The notes under the pieces were generated by a model. The model saw nothing but the letters and a program-made list of their open reading frames with translations, was not told the DNA's origin and searched no databases. A DNA stretch of 64,000 nt from Octopus vulgaris (Eukaryota): the NCBI GenBank assembly GCA_951406725.2, contig OX597840.1, forward strand, positions 35,154,001 to 35,218,000. Reading direction: 5' to 3'. Below are positions 53,197 to 64,000 of this stretch, in pieces (position 1 is the stretch's first letter; each line of letters begins with the position of its first letter). A program made the position numbers and the translations under genes.

Positions 53197-53422
53197 TGTA
53201 GGCCCTTTCAATCGAAGGAGAGGGGCTTTCTCCGTCCGCGTTGCGGATCCATGGAATAAGCTGCCAGATGAGATAGTGAAGATGCCGACGACCGCTCAGT
53301 TCAAAGTCTCTCTTGACCACAAATGGCCTGAACTCTTTGCATGAACACCCTCCCTGCACATAACTCCATGTCCCCCTACATGGCCTTGCTTTTTGCTTTT
53401 TAAGCCAAAAAATTAACTTAAC
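53197..53422 (+). mobile_element. CR1-like LINE 3' fragment
   Basis: RRRGAFSVRVADPWNKLPDEIVKMPTTAQFKVSLD with an (aactt)n tail. Confidence 0.8.
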
Positions 53423-53490
53423 TTTTCCTTCTTTGTAATCTTTTATGCTACAATGTTTGGGACAAAATTGTATAAAAATAAAAAATAATG

Positions 53491-53830
53491 TCCCACTGCG
53501 TGGCACCTTGGGCAAGTATCTTCTCCTATAGCCTCGGGCCGACCAAAGCCTTGTGAGTGGATTTGGTAGACAGAAACTGAAAGAAGCCCGTTGTATATAT
53601 ATGTACATATATATTTATGTGTGTGTATATGATTGTGTGTCTGTGTTTGTCCCCTCAGCATTGCTTGACAACCGATGCTGGTGTGTTTACATCCCTGTAA
53701 CTTAGCGGTTCGGCAAAAAGAGGCTGATAGAATAAGTACTAGGCTTCCAAAGAATAAGTCCTTGGGTCGATTTGCTCCAGCATGGCCACAGTCAAATGAC
53801 TGAAACAAGTAAAAGAGTAAAGAGTAAAAG
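53491..53830 (+). mobile_element. SINE family A, 5'-truncated
   Basis: Begins at tcccactgcgtggcaccttgggcaag. Confidence 0.85.
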
Positions 53831-54843
53831 AAATAAGTTTGCAAAATATTGCAAGACTTTTGACCCAACATGATAACAATCTGCCCCTCACTTGGAGAGA
53901 GACTTCGTTTTTTTATCAGAAGCTGTAGCATTTTGGACTTTCCCACCGTTGGGATCTTCTAGCTTTCATTACTGTCTCTCTGCTTGGTTTATGTCTGCAC
54001 TCTGTCCCCTCTCTCAAGCTTTTCTTATTTTTTATTTGTTTACTACCCACAAGGGGCTACACACAGAAGGGACAAACAAGGAGGGCAGACAAATGGATTA
54101 AGTCGATTATATCGATCCCAGTGCGTAACTGGTACTTATTTTATCAACCCCGAAAACACGATCTTGGCGGAGTTTGAACTCAGAACGTAAAGACAGACGA
54201 AATACTGCTAAGCATTTTGCCCCGCGTGCTAACGTTTCTGCCAGCTCGCCGCCTTAAGCTTTTCTGTCGAGTTGTAGTGCACCTAAGCACTGTAAACAGC
54301 AAGGTCATCCTTGTATTATTCTTACTCTGGCCACTTTGCAAGGCTAAACGCAAGCAAGTTGAATTAGAAATTCTGAAGACAAAATTAAAAATAGCATTAT
54401 GTTTTTCAGAGAAGCACCTAATTTCATAACCTTCATTTATCTCCCTTAGACCACAAAATGTGCGAAAATCAGGCCCAAACCCCTCCAAAATATCAGGACT
54501 GTTGCTATGGTAATGGAGCTAAAGTATGCAGTGAAACAACTTGGCACAAACGGGACTTGAACTCAGTGGCACATTGAGTTATAATGTTTTCTCTCTCTCT
54601 CTACCATAGTTTGTGGCAGTGCTTGGAAGAGAAGAGTGTAGAGTGAGGTTGTTGCAGGGGTCTAGTGAGTGGCATTTATGGTATTTGATTTTTGGAAGGA
54701 GTAAAACATCACAAGGGGCACGGTCAGGGGAATGTGGTGGTCATCGGACATGGTCGAAAACTGCTTCACAAGCTTCACTGAATGGGTGGGGTTGCCACTC
54801 ACTAGACAACATGCAATTCCCACACTCTTTACTTCCAAGCACG

Positions 54844-55173
54844 AGATGTCTGTGTTGGCTGGGTCATGCCCTCCGTCGTCAACCAGGAGAATTCATCTAT
54901 GAAGCAATTGCCCCAGCTCCCCTTCAGGGTTGGCGAAAGCGATGTGGTAGACAACGAAAAACCTGGCTGATGACAGTCAAGACTGATCTGGAACCCATCC
55001 TAGGCCCCCATATCGACGGCATTCGCTGCTGGAATAAGGAGTGGTTGGAGATCACGCGGTCGTTAACCTCAAATCGCCAGGGCTTGTTGGCATTTGTAAG
55101 AGATGCAGTATTGAGAATGAATGAAGCCAGTGCAACCCACCCCGGGTGGATGCTGTCTCAAGACAAGACAAGA
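54844..55173 (+). mobile_element. 5'-truncated RTE-clade LINE with TSD, inserted in a mariner remnant (about 54490-55215)
   Basis: LCWLGHALRR..GWRKRCGRQRKTW..VKTDL; (caaga)n tail; caagcacg duplicated at 54836-43 and 55174-81. Confidence 0.88.
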
Positions 55174-55395
55174 CAAGCACGGCTACAAACAACAGAAAAG
55201 AGGCTGTTGCAGTGATTGGATCAACTGGGACCCTCATAATCGTAACCGACGCAGCGCTAATTAATTATATACCCATAAATCAACACATACACCTGTACGC
55301 ATGTATATGTATGTACGTGTGAGTGTGTATATGTTTGTGTGTGCATGACTATGTGTATATATATCTTTGCATGTGTGTGTGTGTGTGTGTTTTAC

Positions 55396-55515
55396 CTCAT
55401 CCTTTTTCAGTTGGCTCTTCAGGAAATGCTCTGCAACGTTTAAAGGTAAGATATTGGTGACCAACTTGAGGTTGTAGGCCTTCATATTCTGCATCTGTTC
55501 CATTTCATCGATAGC
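55396..55515 (-). CDS. ADCY: Adenylyl cyclase exon, helical/CTE region, 120 bp
   Basis: tttcag|GCTATC...GATGAG|gtaaa; AIDEMEQMQNMKAYNLKLVTNILPLNVAEHFLKSQLKKDE (NILPxxVAxHF). Confidence 0.96.
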
Positions 55516-55593
55516 CTGAAATTAGAACAACAGCAAAAAAATCCCAATTTTTAAAATGTTTTACAAGATCATAAGGTTAGAACTTATATTCTT

Positions 55594-56013
55594 ATTTCTT
55601 TACTACCCACAAGGGGCTGCACACAGAAGGGACAACAAGGAGGGCAGACAAACGGATTAAGTCGATTATATTGACCCCAATGTGTAACTGGTACTTATTT
55701 AATCGACCCTGAAAGGATGAAAGGCAAAGTCGACCTCGGCGGAATTTGAACTCAGAACGTAAAGACAGACGAAATACCTAATTCTTTACTACCCACAAGG
55801 GGCTAAACACAGAGAGGACAAACAAGGAGGGCAGCCAAATGGATTAAGTCAATTATATCGACCCCAGTGTGTAACTGGTACTTATTTAATCAACCCCGAA
55901 AGGATGAAAGGCAAAGTCGACCTTGGTGGAATTTGAACTCAGAACATAGCAGCTGACGAAATACCGCTAAGCATTTCGCCCATCGTGCTAACGTTTCTGC
56001 CAGCTCGCCACCT
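55594..56013 (-). mobile_element. Family B SINE tandem dimer (full copy plus 5'-truncated copy)
   Basis: Junction gacgaaatacctaattctttact near 55775. Confidence 0.85.
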
Positions 56014-56194
56014 TAACTTATATTCTGTCTGTCTGTCACTCAATTGTATTCTGGAAACCTTCATCCATTCTCAATAATTCTCCCATCACCAAACTCAATA
56101 ATGCAGTCTTAATTACTGAGAAGGGAGGCAAACTCCCTTATCACTGGGCATAGCCAGATCACCAGGGATTTCACATTTACATTAATGCTCACTT

Positions 56195-56530
56195 GATGGG
56201 CTTCCTCCAGTTTCTGTCTACCAAATCCACTCACAAGGCTTTTGTCAACCAGAGGCCATAGAAGAAGACACTTTCCCAAGGTGCCACGCAGTGGGACTGA
56301 ACCCGGAACCATGTGGTTGGTAAGCAAGCTACTTACCACACACCCACTCCTACGCCTATGAATATATGTGTATACACGACAGGCTTCTTTCAGTTTCCAT
56401 CTACCAATTCCACTAACAAGGCTTTTGTCAATCAGAGGCCATAGTAGAAGACACTTGCCCAAGGTGCCACGCAGTGGGACTGAACCCGGAACCATGTGGT
56501 TGGTAAGCAAGCTTCTTACCACACAGCCAT
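56195..56530 (-). mobile_element. Two tandem family A SINE heads
   Basis: A head of about 165 bp is duplicated, both copies sharing the variant ggcttttgtcaa..agaggccata. Confidence 0.85.
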
Positions 56531-56600
56531 GATGATGATGATGATGATGCCTGTGCAGCATCACCTCATCCCTACCCCGCATCGGTTGTAAGCCACTTAC

Positions 56601-56748
56601 CTCCCACTTCCAGAGGCTGTCCAGCCGTGCTGTCGACTCCACCTGCCTGGCGTGGATGAAGAGGATGATGGTCAGCAGGAAGATGACGCACGTGGTTTCG
56701 TATTTCAGATCTATGCTCGATATTGGTACATCTGTGTGGATGTCATGG
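56601..56748 (-). CDS. ADCY: Adenylyl cyclase exon, last TM helix and start of helical domain, 148 bp
   Basis: gttccag|CCATGAC...TGGGAG|gtaagt; HDIHTDVPISSIDLKYETTCVIFLLTIILFIHARQVESTARLDSLWKWE (cf. QVESTARLDFLWK); phase fits both neighbours. Confidence 0.95.
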
Positions 56749-56910
56749 CTGGAACAACGGTAAAAAGAAACACTCCATCAGCAACAACAACAACAATAAT
56801 AATAACAACAACAATAATAATGATAATAAAAAATAACGATAATAATAATAACAACAATAACAATAATAATAATAATAACAATAATAATAATAATGATAAT
56901 GATAATAATG

Positions 56911-56963
<53 letters not shown>

Positions 56964-56978
56964 AATTGTAACAAAAAC

Positions 56979-57010
<32 letters not shown>

Positions 57011-57209
57011 GAATGACAATAATAACAATAATTAATGAGATCACCATGTCGCGCACATATGGTTGTGATGCATGTGCCTGGTGTACCCTTATCAGACGGG
57101 TAGTCATGATGGGTATACTGGGTTTCGGATATTTTACCCCAGTGTCACTTTGATGGCATATGCTGCTCTCTCACTCAATAATAATAATAATAGTAATAAT
57201 AATAATAAC

Positions 57210-57245
<36 letters not shown>

Positions 57246-57534
57246 GATAATAATTTCAAATTTTGGCACAAGGCCAGTAATTTCAGGAGAGGGGTAAGTC
57301 AATTATATTGTCTCCAGTACATGACTGGTATTTATTTTATCGACCCTGAAAGGGTGAAAGGCAAAGTTGACCTTGGTGGAATTTGAACTCATAACACTAA
57401 GATGTGCAAACAAGTCTGCCGTCTCACCATCTTAAAATTGTTTATGATGATATTTCTTGAGTTGGGCAGAAGGCCATAAGGTGAGGGGGGGAATTGACCA
57501 GCACTTACTGTTTTGAATGACTGGTCAAGTATGA

Positions 57535-57682
57535 AAGAGAGAGAGAGAAAGAGAGAAGCAAGGTGGATGAGAGAGAGAGAGGAGAGGGAAGAAGGAAGTG
57601 AAAGGGTGAGAGAGAGAGAGGGGAAGGAAAGAGACAGACTTAGATAGAGGGGGAGAGATAGAGTGAGAGATAGATAGTTAGT

Positions 57683-57721
<39 letters not shown>

Positions 57722-57794
57722 TAGAGAGGTAAAGCGATAGATAAATAGAGAGAGAGAGCAAGAGTGAGAGATAGGGAGGGAGTAGAGAAGTAAA

Positions 57795-57826
<32 letters not shown>

Positions 57827-58185
57827 AGGAAGTGAGAGGGTGAGAGAGAGGTGGACTGAAAGAGACAGACTTAGATAGAGGGAGAGTGATAAAGTGAGAG
57901 ATAGATAGTTAATTAGAGAGAGAAAGAGAGAGAGAGAGAGGGAGGAAGTGGATAAGTGAGAAAGATGGAAGGAAAGAGACAGACTTAGATAGAGGGGGAG
58001 AGATAGAGAGAGACAGAGAGAGTAGAGAGGTAAAGCGATAGATAAATAGAGAGAGAGCAAGAGCGAGAGAAAGAGAGAAAGAGTAGAGAAGTAGAGAGAT
58101 AGAGAGTGACTGAGGGACAGAGTGAATGAGAGAGAGAGAGAGGGATAGAGAGAGAGAGGGAGAGATAGGGGGATAGAGAGAGAAG
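57535..58185. repeat. (GA)n polypurine tract with higher-order repeats of about 200 bp
   Basis: gaaagagacagacttagatagaggg recurs near 57628, 57858 and 57973. Confidence 0.85.
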
Positions 58186-58193
58186 CAACTTAC

Positions 58194-58369
58194 CCGACGT
58201 TGAGCTTGAGGAGGAGGTCCTTGTTATCAAAAAGATTCGCCTGAGTGGTGAAGACGAGGGTGATGTAGACGGTTGCCATGACAACGGTGAGGAACAACTT
58301 GAAGAGGGATCCGCTCTGAAGGAACACACCAGTGCTGATCATGGCCAGGAACACACAGAAGGTAAAATA
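58194..58369 (-). CDS. ADCY: Adenylyl cyclase exon, M2 transmembrane helices, 176 bp
   Basis: ccttccag|TATTTT...GTCGG|gtaag; YFTFCVFLAMISTGVFLQSGSLFKLFLTVVMATVYITLVFTTQANLFDNKDLLLKLNV(G); LFDNxDLL motif. Confidence 0.94.
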
Positions 58370-58473
58370 CTGGAAGGACACAAACGGCAGAGAAGAAGGA
58401 GAAAGAGGAAGAAATCAGATGGAACTTTAAGAGAAATATATAAAAACATACATAAATACATATATACATACAT

Positions 58474-58637
58474 AGGCGCAGAAGTGGCTGTGTGGTAAGT
58501 AGCTAGTTTACGAACCACATGGTTCCGGGTTCAGTCCCACTTCGTGGCACCTTGGACAAGTGTCTTCTGCTATAGCCCTGGGCCGACCAAAGCCTTGTGA
58601 GTGGATTTGGTAGACGGAAACTGAAAGAAGCCCGTTG

Positions 58638-58670
<33 letters not shown>

Positions 58671-58902
58671 GTGTGTGCGTGTATGTTTGTGTGTCTGTGT
58701 TTGTCCCCCTAGCATCGCTTGACAACCGATGCTGATGTGTTTACGTCCCCGTCACTTAGCGGTTCAGCAAAAGAGACCGATAGAATAAGTACTGGGCTTA
58801 CAAAAGAATAAGTCCCGGGGTCGAGTTGCTCGATTAAAAAAAAGGCAGTGCTCCAGCATGGCCGCAGTCAAATGACTGAAACAAGTAAAAGAGTAAAAGA
58901 GT
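58474..58902 (+). mobile_element. SINE family A
   Basis: Full-length copy about 100 bp from an ADCY splice acceptor. Confidence 0.88.
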
Positions 58903-59221
58903 ATACATACAGATGAGCAGTAGAACTGGTCAAATTTTCTCACTCTCTCTCTTTCTCTCTCGCTCTCTCTTAGAGTGTGCCTTTTTTCTGACTTATGGTC
59001 AGCTGACTGATTTGACCCCTCTGTCCAGCATTTGCCATGATAGATCGTTAGCCACTAAACCATTTACATTTTCTCTCCCTGTTTATTTCTGTGTTCCTTT
59101 CTGTTGAAGAGCGTATGCCCAAAACATAAAGGACTTTCTCACTTTCTGAGCATTAAACTAATAATACATCTGCTTGTTGTTTACACACCCGTCTTCGTCT
59201 TCTGTTTTTTTGTAAATTCTC

Positions 59222-59269
<48 letters not shown>

Positions 59270-59272
<3 letters not shown>

Positions 59273-59836
59273 TACCGTCAGAAATTAATTAGCACCCTTG
59301 ATTTCCTCACCATGAAGCATGGTGGGGGTGGTCTGATGGTGTGAGGGGCGTTCAGCTACAGTGGTGTTGGGCGGCTCTATGCCGTCGAAGGCAACATCAA
59401 CGCAGCAAAGTACGTTGAGATAGTACGGGATACCTCTTTGGTGGCGAGGAGTACGTGCTGGCCAGTCACCTGACCTGAACCCTATTGAGAACCTCTGGAG
59501 TCGATTGGGTAGGGATTTGAATGTGCAGCAATACAGGAACCGACACGAGCTGTTTGGGGCACTTCTTGCTGCATGAGGGGCCATCTCTGCACAGTACCTG
59601 CAAGCACTCATAGACAGCATGCCGACCCGCGTAGCAGCTGTCATTGCTGCCAAAGGAGGAGCAACAAGATATTGACTAAATTTCACGATTAATAACAATT
59701 ATGTGGTGTGTTGGGATATGTTTTAATAAATTTTTGATTAAAAACGAGTTCATTTCTGATAATAAGTTAATTAAATTAAGAAAATGTAAGAAAATGTAGA
59801 AATTTGAGAAGTGCTAATTAATTTCCGACGCAAGTG
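59270..59836 (+). mobile_element. Internally deleted Tc1 (DD34E) transposon
   Basis: TIRs cactaccgtcagaaattaattagcac / gtgctaattaatttccgacgcaagtg with TA flanks; TMKHGGGGLMV*GAF, SPDLNPIENLW, SMPTRVAAVIAAKGGATRY*. Confidence 0.93.
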
Positions 59837-59868
59837 TATATATATATGTATATACATATATATATCTA

Positions 59869-59905
<37 letters not shown>

Positions 59906-59928
59906 ATATCCATCCATCCATCCATCCA

Positions 59929-59989
<61 letters not shown>

Positions 59990-60051
59990 TTACAAAATAA
60001 GGGCAAAAGAAAAATTCTAATGCCAAATATGCCGAAAAAAAAAGACAAAAT

Positions 60052-60338
60052 TGTCAATAACCATTATAATTTATGTGTCTCGAAACAAACCAATAGAAAT
60101 TTCTAAAAAATCCGTTATTACTGTATTGGTCCCAATTTCGGGGTTACTTAGGTCTGCTCAGGACTTAGTGCTTGCTTTTTCCATGGGTATGAGTAAGTAT
60201 TTCATTTATATCTCACGTATTTATCGCTGAAGAGGGGAAAATTCTTATGAATTAACCCCGAAATTGGGACCAATACGGATTTTTAAAAAATTTCTATTGG
60301 TTTGTTTCGAGATGCATAAATTATAATGGTTATTGACA
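60052..60338. repeat. Inverted repeat with arms of about 90 bp
   Basis: tgtcaataaccattataatttat..tcgaaacaaaccaatagaaattt..gtattggtcccaatttcggggtta and its reverse complement. Confidence 0.88.
60221..60280 (+). ncRNA. Type I hammerhead ribozyme motif inside an inverted repeat
   Basis: atcg CTGAAGA GGGG..CCCC GAA ATTG-ggac-CAAT A cgg; true 4-bp stem III, stem I shortened. Confidence 0.65.
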
Positions 60339-60381
60339 TTGATAAAATTTTTTTCGAGAAAAAAATTTTATCCTACATTAG

Positions 60382-60429
<48 letters not shown>

Positions 60430-60436
60430 GCATATG

Positions 60437-60467
<31 letters not shown>

Positions 60468-60469
60468 GC

Positions 60470-60536
<67 letters not shown>

Positions 60537-60769
60537 GGAGTAAATGCACTAAGCAGTGTTTAGGTATGAGCAGAATTTAGGTTATTTGAAATACGTTTGA
60601 CATATTTCACCTGCTAAAAGGCAAATACACTTCAGTTACCATGGAGAAAAATATCTCTCTTCTGGCAAAAAGGTGAGAAAACACCTTTTTACCATAAGAG
60701 AGCAGTTGTAATATGTGACAAACACATTTCAACTAACCTAAATTCTACTCATATAGAAATATATATATG

Positions 60770-60856
<87 letters not shown>

Positions 60857-61051
60857 TGGTATGTATGTATGTATGTATGTATAATTATAAATAATGAGAG
60901 AGGTATGCTATGATAAAATTTATTGTACCATTGGGAATTCCTACTTAACGACAATTGTTTCGCAGCTTAATAAACATGTATAGATAATTTATTTTATTTA
61001 TGTTTTACAATAAGCAATAAATTACCTATACATGTGTGTATTTATATACAC

Positions 61052-61108
<57 letters not shown>

Positions 61109-61157
61109 CATATATATATATGTATATATATACATATATATATATGTATATATATAC

Positions 61158-61219
<62 letters not shown>

Positions 61220-61270
61220 GTATATATATACATATATATATATGTATATAATATATATATATATATATGC

Positions 61271-61315
<45 letters not shown>

Positions 61316-61523
61316 CATATATATATACATATATATGTATATATATACATATATATATATATGTATATATATACATATATATATGTATATATATATATAC
61401 ATATATATATATGTATATATATACATATATATATGTATATATATACATACATATATATATATGTGTGTATATATATACATATATATATGTATGTATATAT
61501 ATACATATATATATATGTATGTA

Positions 61524-61567
<44 letters not shown>

Positions 61568-61858
61568 TATATATACATATACATATATATATACAATCTT
61601 TAAATTAATGCAGATATTAAGCTAGCTATACACACATATATTGGTTTCAAATTTTGGTACAAGGCCAGCAATTTTGGAGGAGGGAGTAAGTCGATTACAT
61701 CAACCCCAGTATTCAACTGGTACTTAATTTATTGACCCCGAAAGGTTGAAAGGCAAAGTCGACCTTGACAAAATTTGAACTTAGCATGTTAAGATGGATG
61801 AAATACTGCTAAGCAGTTCGCTAACAGTTCTGCTATTTTGCCACATTCTTAATAATAA

Positions 61859-62261
61859 TCTTTATATATAAATAAACTTGAGTTGTCTGTCTGTGTGTGG
61901 CAGGTTTGGTAGCCTTCAACTAGCACTATTTCCTCCGAGACCCTATGGTGAAAGTTGACCAAAATTGAGAGTATGATAGAAGAAGGCTTGCTCTTCCTTC
62001 CGTAGAAGATAAAATTCAAATTGGACCATGTTAACACCAAAAATTATTTACATCAAAAAGGTGCTTTTTTTCTATGAAAATCCCTATTTTTTACGATTTT
62101 TTGACTGCTGTGTCACCATTTTTCGGTGTATTTCAACCAGAAAAATGTACACTTAAAGAGAATAACAAGCTACATAATGCAAAATTTTTACTTTTCAAAA
62201 ATTCCAATTCTACAGGGTCGAAAAGAAAACAAGCCCGAGCAACACTGGGCTATACTGCAAG
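61859..62261 (+). mobile_element. Non-autonomous Helitron-like element
   Basis: 5' a|tcttttatatataaa, (tgtc)n, 3' hairpin gcccga-gcaacac-tgggc then ctgcaag|t (decayed CTAG). Confidence 0.65.
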
Positions 62262-62295
62262 TGATAATAATAATAATAATAATAATAAGACTTAC

Positions 62296-62445
62296 TTCAG
62301 GAAAATGTGATGTGGATAAGAAGTTTGTACAGAGGTTCTCTTCATTGGACAATGTGATGTTGAGGTCCTTCATGATGGAATTATTGAACTGGTCATTGGT
62401 GAGGTTCTTTAGACATGAGAGAAGATCAGTGTTTTCCATACTGAA
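62296..62445 (-). CDS. ADCY: Adenylyl cyclase (ADCY5/6-like) exon, M2 extracellular loop, 150 bp
   Basis: ctccaacag|TTCAGT...CCTGAA|gtaagt on - strand; FSMENTDLLSCLKNLTNDQFNNSIMKDLNITLSNEENLCTNFLSTSHFPE with sequons NLT/NNS/NIT; joins the next exon as FPE-YFT, as in ADCY5. Confidence 0.88.
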
Positions 62446-62870
62446 CTGTTGGAGGACAAGGGGAGGGAGAGAGAGAGAGGGGGAAGTGGAGGAAAGAAGA
62501 AAGGGAATGAAGAGATATTAATGTTGAAATAAATTAAGAATGTTATTTGTATTAGACATGTATGAGCATATATACAAACACACACATATATGTACGTACA
62601 CACATACATAGTGAAAAAAGAAGAATTTTGATGAAGCAGTTATTCTCACGTGGTGAGCCATAATGCAAAAATATAGAATAAAAGAAGAAAAATCCACACC
62701 GTTTACATAGTTCTAATATATTTTAAATGGTAGAGTATTGTGATAGTTGACCGGTTTCATGCTTTGTTAATCATGACGTTGTAATTGTTGCAATTTCGTA
62801 TTTTCTCAAGAAGTTTTAAGTCCATGTTTATGTATGTATATGTGTGTGTGTGTGTGTGCGTGTGTGTATA

Positions 62871-63230
62871 CAGGATGTGGTGAATAAATTGTCATCTAAA
62901 TTATGCAAAAATAAAAATAACACAGACATCTCACTTTAAGAGATATATTAACTAAAATTATATAAAAACATCTTGAATTACTAAAGAGTAAATTTATTCA
63001 ATAAAATCGCCATTGGCTTTGATCACGGACTCCAGACGACTTCGGAATCTCCTGCAACTCTTCTGGATGGTTTCCTTGTTTAAGTTGGTTAATGCTGCCA
63101 TAATCCTTGCCTTCAGTTCATCTTTGGTGTTACAAGGAGTTTTGTTAGTCTCTGGCTCAACTGTGCCGCCCACATAATAATCAATAGGGTTGCAGTCTTG
63201 AGAGTTAGGTGGTCAGATGTTAGGGGTGAC
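62871..63230 (-). mobile_element. mariner/maT (DDxD)-type transposase 3' fragment with right TIR
   Basis: Reverse complement PPNSQDCNPIDYYVGG..NTKDELKARI..SCRRFRSRLESVIKANGDFIE*; terminus ta|caggatgtgg. Confidence 0.8.
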
Positions 63231-63372
63231 ATAATTATATACAATTTATTATTTGGTACTTTTTTTAGTTTTAGGTAAATGTTTTATCGTGTCTGTAATT
63301 TTTTCTATATAGAATGATTTAAGAATATCATTATTGAATTGCTACATGGTGGTTCTTCACTAATTTATATAC

Positions 63373-63412
<40 letters not shown>

Positions 63413-63592
63413 ACAAATTGAGATAGGGGTTGTAAATGCAACCCTCCATGGGATAACGTATATCCAATATACTGCTAGTGAAGTACCCAACAAAGTTAAT
63501 ACATAAATGTTAAGGATTGCGATGCAATCAATTCATTTAATGTATTATATGGGCAAAGGTAATTTGTGGTAAATTATTAGTAACTTGTATCT

Positions 63593-63652
<60 letters not shown>

Positions 63653-63713
63653 GCGGTGCCCCAGCATGGCCACAGCTCGTGAGCTGAAACTAGATAAAAT
63701 GAAAAATGAAATG

Positions 63714-63757
<44 letters not shown>

Positions 63758-64000
63758 TAATGAACATCTCTACTTAATCTGGACACTTAAAAATAGAGAA
63801 TTAAGAAATAAGGTCAAGTGTTTTCTTGGCTTGAAAAAAGCAGAAATGGTCAGCAGCCCTTGTAGGGAGTGGGGGGCAGGGGAGTACCGTTAAAGGTCTG
63901 TGAAGCAACGACAGGAATCTGTGTTAGTTTGTCCTCATACATATTTCTGCAGATGTCCACTTGGAGGTCAAGTAAATGACCACTTGAAAAGTTATTCAAT

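Overview
AT-rich, microsatellite- and SINE-saturated animal genomic DNA. The repeat families and (TA/CA/TTA)n load suggest an octopus or other coleoid cephalopod (inference). Two multi-exon genes converge tail-to-tail, both with their 5' parts outside the window. On the + strand are the last five coding exons of a ceramide synthase (Lag1p/TLC domain; 2754-16327). On the - strand are the last eight coding exons of a transmembrane adenylyl cyclase most like ADCY5/6 (62445-43585). All exons have GT-AG boundaries and consistent phases. The rest is tRNA-derived SINEs, CR1/RTE/RLE LINE fragments, Tc1/mariner, piggyBac, Helitron and GG-terminal MITEs, a tRNA-Asp pseudogene and long simple repeats. 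Four observations stand out. (1) About a dozen Penelope-type hammerhead ribozyme motifs occur, several preceded by an antisense copy of their own 3' half (one a perfect 87-bp inverted repeat). (2) The cyclase has Tyr at the forskolin-pocket Ser (KIKTIGYTY). (3) A head-to-tail train of about 12 SINE copies is separated by (TTA)n. (4) Two SINE dimers share the same junction. Nearly all long ORFs in the supplied track are microsatellite artefacts. Repeat coordinates are approximate.
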